Positions 37,483 through 49,701 of a DNA stretch of 64,000 nucleotides are shown here, in pieces. Position 1 is the stretch's first letter. Every line of letters begins with the position of its first letter. Below the pieces are notes generated by a model. The model was not told the origin of the DNA. It saw nothing but the letters and a program-made list of their open reading frames with translations, and made no database searches. A program made the translations under genes and the position numbers. Location: the NCBI GenBank assembly GCA_013239625.1, contig MU054117.1:5111514-5175513 (forward strand), written 5' to 3'. Source of the DNA: Lama guanicoe (taxonomy: Eukaryota).

Positions 37483-40400
37483 CTGGAGAAGAGACGAGAA
37501 GGCGAGGAGGGAGATGTCAGCTCGTCAGCTCGGGCTGCCCTCCTCCCTCCTCCCTCCGCAGTCAGTCCGCTCCCCTCCAACCCCTCTTTGTGGCTCAGGG
37601 CCCTTTCCTCTTTCTGCTGCCTCCCCACATCCCGGTCTTTGTCCTATGGTCAGCCTCTCAGCCTTCTCTCCTCCTTTTGTTTATTCTTCCTGGAGTTTTT
37701 CTTGCTCCTTTTATTCCCTGATCTCCCATCTGCTAAGAGAAAGCCTGGGAACGTCAGGACAGGTCCAGCCCTCTGGGTCTCTCACTCTTTTCCCTGATGC
37801 TCCCTCTGGCCTCCATGTCTATCTTCAGCTTCAAGCCGGAGTTTCTCTCCACTCGCCCTGCCTCCCTTCTCGGTGCCTTGCTTCCTCTGAGGCCCTGCAG
37901 GCCTGCCAGAGCCACTGAGGACCGTGGAGGGTTTCCACTCACCTGGCAAACACCGAGGCAGCTTCTCCCCTTCCAGCTCATTCTTCCAGATGCCCTGCGC
38001 TGTGCAGGTGTACAGCCCTGAGGGGAGAGGCAGGGCGCTCAGGTTGGAAGGCCATGGGCAGTGGCCAGTGAGCACCGAGGGTGCCCACAGGGAGAAGGCA
38101 AAGGTCCAAAGGAAAGGTCCAAATATAAGAGGATGGGATATCAATAGTGTTAAAAGGCTCCATACGTACATTTTGGTTTTTAATGTTAAGTGGAAAAATC
38201 AGAATACTTAACTACTATATTTGACGTGATCGCTGTTTGTGACAGTAAACACAAAAACTGAAAGGAACGCATCAAACTCTCATCCATGATAGCATCACAG
38301 CGCTGGGTTGCAGACGACAGGGGTAGCTACTTTCTCTGACTGCCGACCGTGTGCTATGCCAGGTGCTCAGCACTTTATCTGCATTATCTCATTTAAGCAT
38401 CGCAGTGATGATCTCAGGTAGGCATCATTATCCCATCTTATAGATGGGGAAACTGAGTTTAAATAACTTGCACAAGGTCACATAACTTCTAAAGGCCACA
38501 ACCAAGATGCACAGTGAGGGATCTCTGACTTCAAAGCCCAGATCTGACATAACACCCTATATAGCCTGTAAGTAAGATTTTTTTCCTTCTTTGTAGGTGT
38601 CAAACCTATGATTTCTTTTATTAAAAAATGTTTTAAGGAATACCCATAGATGAGTTTGAGAGTAATTTAGTAAACCTAAAAGCTGAAAGCCACAACAGAG
38701 CAGCCTGAGAGTGTATGTAGGGAGAATGCTGAAGAAGTGCTGCTGGGAAAGTTGTGGGGGTGTGGTGGTGGTCGTGGTGGTGATGGCAGTTTGGTGGCGG
38801 TGATACTTATGGTGGTGACTGTGCTGGTGCTAGTGTTCGGAGTGGTGATGGTAGTGTTGTTATTGGTAGCAGTCCTGGTGGTGGTGATGATGGTGGGGGG
38901 GTGGTGATGGTGGTTGGGGTGGTGGTGATGGTGGGGGGGGTGGGGTGGAGGGTGGTGGGGGGGGTGGGGGAGCTGGTGCTAGTGTTCGGAGTGGTGATGG
39001 TAGTGTTGTTATTGGTAGCAGTCCTGGTGGTGGTGATGATGGTGGGGGGGTGGTGATGGTGGTTGGGGTGGTGGTGATGATGGGGTGGTGGTGATGATGT
39101 GGTGGTGGTGATGATGGTGGGGGTGGTGGTGATGGTGGGGGTTGTGTTGAGAGGGAGCTGTTTCTGAGATTCAAGTCTTTGTATCAGCTCAGGTGTCTTC
39201 TTCAACTCTATCAGATGCCTCTTGGCACCCCTGAAGCCAGTGCCCTGATAGATATGTTAATATACACTCCCTAGGGATTCTATTGGAAGAGGTCACAGAG
39301 GAGGAGTCCCAAGAAGAGGGAGAAGACTGGATTTGCATGAGTCCCTACCTCGCTCAGCCTCACTTCTGCCGCCTCTAGTCTGCATCTTGTAATATGGCTC
39401 CCGGCAGTAGTACTGGATCCGGGCCTGGTAGGTGTTCACGCCCACTGTGGTGGTATAACTGAAGGCCCCGTTAGGCAGGCTTCGGGGCTGCCCGCAGTCC
39501 TTGACTTGGAGAGAACACAGGACCATATGAGAGCTGAGAAGGACTGTCCTGGAACGTCAGTCTGCCCACAGAACAGGGATGGATCCACAGAACAGGCTGA
39601 GAACTTTCAGGAAATAATGGTCAGCGGGGAGGCCCTTGTGATGTACAGGAATGGAGGACAGTCGGTTCTGGGTGGAACCATCAGTCCTACTGAGATAAGG
39701 GCTGACTGATTCCTGAGATGGGCCACAGGCGTCAAAGGACGAGTCAGGGGAGGGTCTTTGGGGGAAAGGCTTAGTCTAGACCCCTCTTCCCTTCTCAGCC
39801 TAGATCCCCAAGGCTGGGCGGGTGGGTGGAGGTTCCTGGGGCAGGCACATCCAAGCTGTAACTTACTCCTGCACCTGGGCATGGCGCGATGCCAGGTGCC
39901 GTCATCCTGGCAGACGGCGGTGAAGGAGAGCAAGGCCTCGTTCCCCTGTTGAGCCAAGGTAGAGATGCCATTAGTACCAGGTGGCACTGCAGCTCCCTTC
40001 CTGCCCTCACCCACCCGGGGACAGTAGGAGATGCCGAGCCATCTCTCAGGCCCTCGGACCTCACATAGAGCCTGTGGACCTGGCTCTTTTGTTCTTCTCC
40101 CTAGCCTGTCCTTTCAGACCAGATTTACAGGTAGGTGTGCTGAGACACACAGCAGGAAGTCCGGGCGAGGGCTAGCTGTCAGACCCAGCAACCCTCTCTC
40201 TAGACTCTTGCCTGTTTCCACTGAGGTCCAGTTGAACCCCACCATTTTAAATAAAAAAAAAAAAACAGGCAGCCCTGTTGTGTGTTTTCTGCACTGAGAC
40301 AGTCTCTGCCCTGATGTAGAACCCTGATGGTGCCCTGATGACGATTCTCTCCTTTGGGTGTGCCTGCAGCCCCTCGCCACCCCTAGACTGCCGTCTTCTT

Positions 40401-43400
40401 AAGGGCCTTTCTGAAAATACTAGTGCAACCCAGACACTATCAAGGGTGTTTGAGATGTTGAAATGTGCTAATGCTGCTGCAGGTGAGTAGATGGCAGGGC
40501 CAGGGCCAGAGACGGTGCCCTCTGAAATGAAAAGTAAATGGACAAAATGGATGAGTTTTACTAAGATCAACAATCATTCCAGATAGTTAGCCCTGGAAAC
40601 GATTGCAAGACAATGTGTATGAGAACCAGGATGTCCGAGCAAAATGTCAATAATATAAGATAAACTGTGACTTGCTTTAAATTCTGTGATGTGAATAACA
40701 AATGCCAAGGCAAGGCCTCGGGTGGCACAGGACAGGGCAGGTGGGTTGTAACCAGAGCAGAGAGGAGGGGCCCAGGACAACCAGTCCTCGTGAGCATCCT
40801 AGAGTGGAGAGTAGCCTGTCTGGCTAACTTGGCTTGATGCAGCATTCAGCGGTAAGCTCCATGAAGCTTGTGTGAGTATCTGTCTCTTTTGCTGTACCTC
40901 CCACATCCAGAACACTGCCCGACACTCAGCAAACACTTAGAATGTTTGTTGGGTGAATTAACTACAACTGAAGGACAAACCAAAGTCTCTTCTCTGATTC
41001 AGACTGGGTCTTCCAAGTGGATCTGTTGAACAAAGATGGGATGTCCAGTCCCTTGTCCCGGGCCAGGGGTAATCCAATTGTATGTTTTGTTTTTCTTAAA
41101 ATAGCATTTTAGTTCACCAGCTTTTGTGTGATTGGCCAATGGATAAAGCCACATTCTTTCCTGAGTCTGCAAAGCTGAGGACAGGGCAGTGGGCCTGGGG
41201 TAAGCCCACCAATGTGCATAAAAGAGCCCTGGAGGAGCCCCTTCTGGTTGTTAAATGGGATGCTGCCAGATCCATGAATCACTGAATAAAACCAAGTAGG
41301 TTTTAAAAAAAACCTCACCTCCTCAAAAAAAAAAAAAAAAACAAACAAACCCAACCCTCCCCCCACCCCAAACCAGGAGTCCTGGAGCAAGAGGCAGGAG
41401 GTTTGGTGCTAACTCCCGCTGTACAACATCCCAGCGATGTTGAGTGAGTCACTCCTTGCACTTCACCTCTGCCCCTGCCTGTTCGACTCCTAATTCCGCA
41501 ATGAGCTATGGGCGAGGTCAGTAGTTCTTAAACTTGGTTGGACATTAGAATCACCTGAGTAGCTTTAAGTGCTCTTGACGCTCAGGCTGCACTCCAGACC
41601 CATGGGATAGTCTATCTAGCAAGGGACTCAGACATCAGTATTTTAAAATTCTAGGTGTTTCCAATGTGCAGGCAAGTTGGGCAGCTGGTCGACCAGGTGA
41701 CCCTTCCAGCTCAAACATCTATGACTACACTTGGGGCTGAGCCTAAATCCGCTGCGAGCCGACCCACTTGAACTGCTCCAGAGTGCCGGGCCGGCTCTCT
41801 CCTTCCAGCCCTGGCTCTTACCTCTATGAGCTGGTAGCCTTGTTTGCAGGTGGCAATGAAGTAGTCCCGGAACTCGTACTGAGGCTGCAGGTCCTGGATG
41901 ATGGTGAACATGTCTAGGGTCTTGGGCTGGGGACACTTGATAACTGTGGGGGAGACCCGAGGGCACATGTATTTCTGAGCCACTGGCCTTACTTCTACCT
42001 ACCCCAGCCTGCCCCACTGCTGGCCAGTGGGGGGAGGGGGCCGCAGGCAACCTTACCTTCAGTGGTGTAGTGCAGTTTCCAGCCCCGGCTGTCCCCTGAC
42101 TCGTCCGTGAAGAACAGCAGATCCACGGCGTTGCTGCCGGTGTCAATGTGTGAAGGCCTTTGCCTCCCACAGAACTCCCTGATGTTCCTCCCGCTGGCAT
42201 AGATCTGGGGGGGGGGCGGGGGCAGGAGGGTCATCTCTCTAATTCAGACATTTCCCCCCAGAGCCAGGGCAGTGGCGGTGGTGGAGGAGATCCTGCTTGG
42301 GGTATGTTTTCAGCTGAAGGGGAAAAGGGGTCGCCAGAACCCACTTGTCAAGTGTGTAAGAACTTGCCCAAACCATGCACAATGTTGGCCATTTCTGTAC
42401 CAACTGGCTCAAGGATCCAGCAGGAATTAGGGGTGAGGGGAGCCACGTGGGGGTGGGAAGGAGAGGACGAGGTCTCTCTGGGCGTGGACGGCTGTACCTG
42501 TAGCTGGTCGTAGGGACAATGTACTTGCTGGTGGTCATCGATTTCGAAAGGCTCGAGGAACTTGAGCTGGATGGTGAGGCCCCGCTCCACCCGGATGCTG
42601 TAGTTGCAGCGCAGGTCGGGGGGGTAGGGCCGGGGGTACTCCAGGCTGGAGATGTAGCCCGAGGGCTCTGTGAACAGCTCGCTGCTGCACTCCGCTGTGA
42701 GGGAGAGACGGGAGCGGGTCACCGGGAGGCTGGCTGGCCCCGCGAGCCCTAGCTCAGCCCCTGCCTCCTCCCGGCCCGCCCCGCCTCACCCTGGCAGGAG
42801 TGCCTGTCCTTCTGAAGCTCATAGCCTGGACGGCAGGAGCAGAAATAGCCGCCGAGGTAGTTGTGACACAGGTGCTGGCACAGGCGCTGGGGGCTCTCCT
42901 CAGGCGAGTTGTGCTGGGAAGCACATTCGTCCAGGTCTGGAAGAGAGTCCGGAAGAAGGATCAAATTCCTGCCTGGGGACTTCGGTGGTGGCCTTGGTCT
43001 CAGCAAGATCACTCACTCGAGGCCTCAAGACAAAGTCAGCTCCTGGCCACCGGGACCTCCAGGCCTCTGTGGTGCTTTCCGGGAACTGCCCGGCGGGGAC
43101 AGGACCCAGGTGGACAGCCCTTTTCTGGAAAAAGCGCTCTTGCGGAAAACAAGGAAGGCCAAGCTTCCTGCTCCTTTGAATTCAAGATTCCCTTTCTCCG
43201 GCCCCTCATTCAGTACGACCGAGGACAGAGGAAAGGGCACGGGGACCGCTCACCCACAGCTTGGTAGTAGGCCAGGAAGCCCTTGTAGAACACGATGGTG
43301 CCGTTCTCCTCGTTGGAGAAGTCCGTGTGGAAGGTCAGCAGCATCTTGTTCCCTTGGGACATAAATTCTTTCTTCCCTGGAGGGTTGCCCAGTGGAGAAC

Positions 43401-45702
43401 CCAGCTGCCCACAGAACCTCCCCAGGGTTTTCTTGTCAGCGGAGATCTGGTGAGGGAAAGACGGAGATAGGAAGACTGCTGTTGAGGGCATGCATCCCCC
43501 GTGGAAGGTCAGTGAATGTCATCTTTCACTTGTCCCAAAGAGTGGATCACGCCCCCCTGCTGGACAGCCTCCATCCGCTCTCTAGTCGCTGGGCTCTGGC
43601 TGTTGCCAGCTCCCCTTTCCTCTGTCCCGAGTCCCCCTTGGCTAACTCTGCACGTTATCCTGTGCCTGGAACATCGCCCCTCCTCTTTGATGTCCCCTCA
43701 GCATCTTTCAGACCTTCCTTCATCCCCACCTCCTCCTGTGCCCGCCTTCCGCTAGAACCCTGTTGTTTCTACCCAGCCCCTACAGTTCCTTCCTTCCTGG
43801 AGCCTGGATGGTCTGTTTTGTTTTCTATCTTGTCATTCCCCTCACCTTAGTCAAACCACTCACATCCAGCCAGGCCTCCTGACATACTCAGTTCTGTGTA
43901 TGTGAGCCTCTGGGGCCCTCCACCCTCAGCCTCTGTAAGCGCCACCCGGCATCCCTGATCTCTTTCTTCAATGATCCCTTAACCCTTCCAAAGCAGACAT
44001 CCCTCCCCTCCACCATCACTAGCTCTCACTCTCCCTGCCACCAAGATCCCTACCCCAACCCTGCTGACGTCGCAGGTCCTCTGGACTGGGAGATGGATCA
44101 TTTTCATGTTCTTCTCTTATAATCTCCAGGGGGTCTCCTGGAAATAGTATTTATGGGGTGTGTGTAGACTGTGCTCAAATCCTGAATCAAGAATCTCATT
44201 TTCATTAGATGTAGAAAGATGGGCCTGGGGCGGTTCACCGGGGTTGTTGCAGAGAGGAGGGGACTGAGCCCACCGTCCTTGCCGAAGGCTATGCTTGCCC
44301 CACTGCCACACGCATCTCCCTTCCCCACACTCATCTCCCTTCCCCACATCCCTGTGCTCCTGTTGGGGCAGGCAGCCATGGCTGGATTCTCCATGGAAAT
44401 GGGGAAGCCGAGGCACAGCGGTTTCCCAAAGACCCCCGGCAAGTAAGCAGATGGGGAAGGTTTTTCCAACTCCCGTAGACAGTGCACTTCCTGGGAGTGG
44501 CGCCGGTACCTCCCTTCCTCTGTTTCTGCCCCCCGTGCCCACTGAGGGTCTCTAAAACCACTGGACACCCATTCATGGCATCACTTGGCTTTCAGAACTC
44601 CATTTGGCCGTCAGCGTTTACAGGCTTGGGGCTGTGTCCCCAGATGGAGGGTGCTCTCCAGGGTGGTTAGAGCATGCGCCCTCAGGCTCCAGAGACACCA
44701 GCTCCCCCTCTGCCCTCCCAACCCAACCCCTACCTTGACATAGTCATAGAAACAGCCTTCCGAAGGCTCCAGGTCAAACTGCCAGAAGACGAGCTTCACC
44801 CTGTATCCCACGGGGACCGTGATCACAGTGGTTGTCTCGAAGTTGTTTGGGTAAGGCTTGGGGTACAGGGGAGAAGTCACCTCCCCAAAGAGCTTCTGAC
44901 GGGTCGGGATGGAGCCTCCCACCGTGTAGAACAAGACTGGCACCAGGAGGTATAAGAGCCACCTGCCAAAAAGAAAAAAGGTGTCTGTAGGGCTGGAGGG
45001 GAGCAGCACCCTTGCTGTTTGGGTTGCGGACACGGTGGGGGGATGGGATGGTCATACCGCGGGACATTTTCTTCTCTGGCCATTCTCAACCACACAGAGA
45101 CGTTTTGGGTGGGGGTGGGTGGAATGGGGAGGCCGATTTCTCCAGCTGCTGCACTGGGTGTTCCTCCCCAGGGCAGTGTCCAGTCCAGAGGTCATCTACT
45201 CCCTCCACCTCCCTCCTCCTCCTCCTCCCCTGCCCTGTCCCATCACTCCCCCCACTTCCAGGAATAGGGCTGGCTGGGGACCAGTTAATTGGGGGTGAGG
45301 GTTTCCAGTCATGGCTTTCTGAAAGGGCTCCCAAAGGCTCAGCAAGGGCCTCTGGGAGAAACCACCTATAGAAGATGGAGTTAGGCACGGAGGATACCCC
45401 CACCCCGGGCAGAGTGGTTCCCCTCCCCAATCTCGTTGCTCCCTATGAGCTGGAGGAAGAAGGGGCTGAAGCATCACCTCCTGAGTCTGAGGTCTCCCTT
45501 CATCCTCAGGAGGCGAGGTGGGGGTATGTGTTGGCGTGTGTGTACACACCTGTGCACGTTGCAATGATAAGGTATATGGGGAGAGGGGGAAGGATGTGCC
45601 TGCCTCCCTGAATAAACCTGGGAGCAGCATTGCCTCCTATGCCCAGGATTCTCTGCACCGGCTTCTCCCTCCCTCCTTGGTCCCCATCAGCCTTACTCAC
45701 AT
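36707..45702 (-). CDS. C1R: Complement C1r subcomponent (CUB1-EGF-CUB2-CCP1-CCP2-serine protease), spliced gene
   Basis: Coding exons (descending) 45702-45701 (AT of split ATG), 44962-44734, 43446-43254, 42936-42790, 42694-42498, 42204-42057, 41943-41822, 39945-39867, 39504-39349, 38017-37943, 37482-36707. All GT-AG. 2124 nt = 707 aa. QR|IIGG activation site, catalytic triad and S1 Asp intact. Confidence 0.97.
37943..38017 (-). CDS. C1R: C1R exon 10 (CCP2)
   Basis: LYTCTAQGIWKNELEGEKLPRCLP. Confidence 0.93.
38755..39145 (+). repeat. (GGT/GAT)n G-rich low-complexity repeat with internal ~149-bp duplication, C1R intron 9
   Basis: GCTGGTGCTAGTGTTCGGAGTGGTGATGG... unit starts at 38823 and again at 38972. 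Confidence 0.9.
39349..39504 (-). CDS. C1R: C1R exon 9 (CCP2)
   Basis: KDCGQPRSLPNGAFSYTTTVGVNTYQARIQYYCREPYYKM. Confidence 0.93.
39867..39945 (-). CDS. C1R: C1R exon 8 (CCP1)
   Basis: GNEALLSFTAVCQDDGTWHRAMPRCR. Confidence 0.93.
41822..41943 (-). CDS. C1R: C1R exon 7 (CCP1)
   Basis: IKCPQPKTLDMFTIIQDLQPQYEFRDYFIATCKQGYQLIE. Confidence 0.93.
42057..42204 (-). CDS. C1R: C1R exon 6 (CUB2)
   Basis: IYASGRNIREFCGRQRP...FTDESGDSRGWKLHYTTE. Confidence 0.93.
42498..42694 (-). CDS. C1R: C1R exon 5 (CUB2)
   Basis: ECSSELFTEPSGYISSLEYPRPYPPDLRCNYSIRVERG...CPYDQLQ. Confidence 0.95.
42790..42936 (-). CDS. C1R: C1R exon 4 (EGF)
   Basis: LDECASQHNS...CQHLCHNYLGGYFCSCRPGYELQKDRHSCQ. Confidence 0.95.
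43254..43446 (-). CDS. C1R: C1R exon 3 (CUB1)
   Basis: ISADKKTLGRFCGQLGSPLGNPPGKKEF...DFSNEENGTIVFYKGFLAYYQAV. Confidence 0.95.
44734..44962 (-). CDS. C1R: C1R exon 2 (signal peptide, CUB1)
   Basis: WLLYLLVPVLF...LFGEVTSPLYPKPYPNNFETT...FDLEPSEGCFYDYVK. Confidence 0.95.
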
Positions 45703-45770
45703 TTCTCAAGGCCTGATTTTGGATCCCTGACTCTCCTGACAGCGTCTTCATCCACTCTGTGTCCAGGGAG
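45701..45770 (-). other. C1R: C1R exon 1 (5' UTR plus AT of split start codon; 5' end approximate)
   Basis: CCTTGAGAAAT|GTGAGT donor; exon 2 begins with G, completing ATG. Confidence 0.85.
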
Positions 45771-45829
45771 AGAGCGCGGTCATGCAGAGGAGGGAAGGGG
45801 GAGGGAAAGGCTGTGAGGGGGAAGGGGGG

Positions 45830-45950
45830 ACCATTCCGGGAGGAATGTTGTAAGGAATGAACTATTTGCATAAACAAAACCGAAAAAAAAATTTTCCAGT
45901 TTAATTTAGTTTTGGTTTTGAAATCCCTGATGGTGGTGCCACCTGCTGGC
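45830..45950 (-). promoter_or_regulatory. C1R: C1R proximal promoter (octamer/forkhead/IRF-like motifs, CTCF-like motif)
   Basis: ATTTGCATAAACAAAACCGAAA near 45864-45885; CCAGCAGGTGGCAC on the - strand at 45936-45949. Confidence 0.5.
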
Positions 45951-48928
45951 CTGTGTCGGGAAGGGCTAGAGATGGGGCTGCATTTTCAGGGACAGAAAAG
46001 TCCTTGGTTGGAGGCCCAGACTGTTTCTCAGTCTGATGGGAACTCTCCTGTCCTTCGGGGCCCTGCCTGGGAACTGCTGCTGTGTTTACAGGCTTCCTAC
46101 CCAAACGGCAGTGGGAATTGCATTTGAGGGGGACTGTCTTTCCTGGACTGCCCTTCTCCATTCACCCTGTCCTTCCTGTTCTTAGTCACCCAGCAGCCCT
46201 GGTCCAGAAATGGCCAGGGTTTCCACGCCCAGCATGATGTGACAGGAATGGGGGCCAGAGCAGGGCACTGCAGGAGTACTCAGAGGGGACTGAAGCTTGG
46301 CTGCCCGGGGGCCCTGGCCTACTTCACTCATCAGTGACACTTAAACACAGAACAGGGGTTGCTGTGACCCCAGAGCCGCGCTCAGTGAACTCAGGTCTGC
46401 CAGTGACCTCGCCTCTTAGAGAAGCAAGGGCAGCGAGGAGGGGATAGACACATCCTCTTTTCTTCAGCATCTAGTTAAGAGTGCGAGCCTCTGAGGGTCC
46501 CAGCTGCCTCGGTCTGGGCAGATGGCGCGGCTGTGGACCAAGAGTGACTCGGTGTTTTCTGAGAGGAAGCCAGGCTCCTGTCTCTTCTGTCCACCAGGCC
46601 ACAGTGTCCTGTTTTAAAAGTTTGCTCTCTTTGGAAGCCTTCCTTCAACTCTACAGCTCAGATTTCCGACGGCAGTGTGTTCCCCAGGGAGGCTCTGGCT
46701 GCAGCACAGGCCTCTGAGTTCTCTGGCCTTTGTAGTTGACCCTGCCTGTTTCGCCTATTAGAATCCCTCTCTCCACCCAGCCACCCACTTGCTTATCCAT
46801 TTATAGGCTACCTGTTTAATGGGCCAGGCGCTTTCCCAGGCAGGGGACTGCAAGGACTCACAAAGATGGGGCAGCTCCCCAGTAGGCAGTGACCAAGTCA
46901 TCATTGAATGTAGTCTGAGCAGGTGCACAGAAGATGTGAGATTAACCAAGGATGGAGAGTTTCTCCAGCAGGTTTATGTCAGAGCTGAGGAAAGAATCTC
47001 CTGGCAGGGCTGATCCAGGCCGTGATCCATAGCCTTGTTAGGTCAGGAGAGACAAAAGATGGGGGAGAAGGATAAGGACCAAATCAGGAGGCAAGAAAGA
47101 AGCAGAATCGTGTCTAGCAAATTGCACATTAGCATCCTGACAGCAGTGTGTGTGTCTTGTATGTTTGCTATGGGGGCAGGATGGCAGGTGGTCCAAGAAG
47201 TTAAGGCTTGGCTGAAGCTCTCCCAACCGTCTTAGTGGTTCCGAGTTTTGTCCTGGTACCATGGAACCTGAAACTGACAAACCTGGACCTCAATAGCTTG
47301 GTCCCAGCCTGACCTCCACTCCGCCCCACCACGTGAAATAACCTCGACTTGCATGCTGGGTTGTACCCTTGACTTATACCAAGGATGGAAAAAAGAAACA
47401 GCCAGATGAAGATTATTACTCAAGCACTTGTTTTAAAAGCAGTGTTGAAGACACTGTTACATTGATCATTCCTTTTAAGATGTGATTCTGGGGAAAACAG
47501 CTGCTCTCTTAAAGTAGTTGTAGATTCCCCTCTGTGGATGTATTTCTCTCTATATCTGTATCTATCTCTACCTACATCCAGATCTGTCTAGGTATATATT
47601 CTTTGTCTTGGCAGGGAGAAACTCATGTCATGTTTTCAATAATAAAAATAAATAAAATAAGATAAATAAAACTAATACTTGCTCATTAAATAAAATTGAG
47701 CAAATAGAGGAGAATAGGGGAAAATAAAACAGCCAAAATTATACTACTTAAACTCAGATTAATATTTTGAATATTTTTAATAGTTTTTTGTACTATATAT
47801 AGGCTTGAAATATAGAAGTAACCACATGTGTGTACAACATTGAAACTTGCTGTTTTTCAAAGATAAATTTAATCTTTACTCACATAGCTAACTTGACCCT
47901 CAAGGCTAGCAAATTTACTGTCTTCTCTGTTTTATGGTATTCATTTTCGATTTCCATTTAAACAACTGTATTTTATTTGTCTTTTACTGTAAATCACCTC
48001 CAGTCTGTACTACAAATTAAAGAGTTGGTCTTTTCAGGTGGAACAGCATGCTTGATGATGGGGACATGGCCTGGGGTGTCCAGCAGCACTGGGGGTGTCT
48101 GCAGGGATGCCCAGCCCAGTGTGGGGCTCACCTAGGTGGCTGCAGGAGGTGGGGGGCAGCAGGAAGTGTGAGCCAGCTGTTGTCACCTTCACCGAGGCAG
48201 GAATTCCCACTGAGGGAGAATCAGAAAGGACGTGGGGGTGGGGAGTGGGTGACACAGTAGGTCTTAAGGACACCTGAGAGGGACAGAGGTGTACTGGAAA
48301 GCACATGGCCATCCCAGTCCTGTATCAGACGTGGGGTTTGGAAAGGTCCCTTTATCTCCCTGAGCTTCAGCTTCCTGGTTGGTAAAACGTGGATAATAAC
48401 TCATCCTTTGCAATTTCGGTTTTAGGAGTCAGTGGAGTAACATACATGAAGCGCCTGGTACACAGAAGATGTAAAACAAACAAGCAAACAAAGATCTATG
48501 ACTACAATTGCGGCTAGGAGTTGTGGTAGGTGGTGAAGCCAAGAGTCTGGATATTTGAAGGTCAACTAAAGGGGCTTTGGAATGTTTCAGAAATGCAGCG
48601 AATTGAGACCACTTCCTGACACTGCACTTGAACAGGAGGATGAGAAGGGGACTATCTCCCAGGAGAGTATAGACGAGGGAGGCTGTGTCCTGGGGAGATG
48701 GAGTTCAAAGCCGAGATGTCCGGGGCTTCTGGGGCGCAGCGCAAACCCGCAGGAAGGTGCAGGGCGCGGAGGAGGGGGCTGTGGGAGGCAGAGCATCTCT
48801 CTCGCTCAGTGGCTTGCTGCAGCAGCGACTTGATTAGGAGCCCCACCTCCCCCAGTCCAGGGCTCAGTCCTCAACCCCACCCTCTGCGGTCTGGGCTCCA
48901 CAGTGAGTGTCCCAGCTCAGCACCAGGG

Positions 48929-49701
48929 TCAGTCCTTCCTGCCCATCACGCTCTTGATCCAGTCCACGTAGTTGAGGACTTTGGTGTAGAAGCCGTACCC
49001 TTTGCCACACCCGATGCCCCAGGAGACGATGCCCGTGGCCACCCAGTGATGGGCACGATCGTCCCACACCACAAAGGCGCCGCCACTGTCCCCCTGGCAG
49101 ACGCCCTGCTGCAGCATCTCGTCCCCCGCGCAGAACATGTTGTCGGAAAACACCTCGCCCCTCCGCTTGTCGCGGAGCCAGGCCTCGCAGGCCTCCCTCG
49201 GGGCCACGGGCAGCCGCGAGTATTTCAGCTCCGTCGTCAGCCAGCCCATCTGCACGCCGAAGCCGCTGACGTAGCCCAGCCGGCCGCTGCGGTACAGCGC
49301 CTCGCGGGCGGGCAGGCAGACCGGGAGGAGGCTGGGGCCCAGCGGGACGCCGTGCTGGAGCTCCAGGAGGGCGATGTCCCCGTGGAAGTTGTGGGACTCG
49401 TTCTGCCGGTAGTCGGGGTGCACGACCACGCGGCGCACGGGGTGGCCGCCCCGCTGCAGCATCTCGGCCGCGCTCGTGTGGCCCAGGAACACACTCGCGC
49501 TCCGGCTCTTCCCCAGGAAGAAGCCGTCCTTGGGGTAGATGGTGTGGGCGGCCGTGAGGACCCATCTGTCGCCCAGCAGGGCCCCGCCCCCGCGGCCGTA
49601 GATGCTGGTGAGGGCCTGCCAGGGGAAGTTGCCCGGCTCAGCTCTGGACGCTCCGTGGGTCTCCCGGTCCTGGGCGATGGGGTTGACCGGCCGCCCACAG
49701 A
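48929..49701 (-). CDS. C1RL: C1RL exon 6 (serine protease-like domain)
   Basis: CGRPVNPIAQ...GNFPWQ...TAAHTIYPKD...YRQNESHNFHGDIAL...CQGDSGG. Confidence 0.96.

Noticed and set aside
37013..37918. 301-aa + strand ORF and other overlapping ORFs
   Set aside because: Antisense or off-frame shadows of the GC-rich C1R last exon
38807..39205. Thr/Pro/His-rich mucin-like ORFs
   Set aside because: Translations of the intronic (GGT)n repeat
40310..40415. TGATGA...CTGA resembling C/D snoRNA boxes
   Set aside because: Antisense to the host C1R transcript and no terminal stem evident
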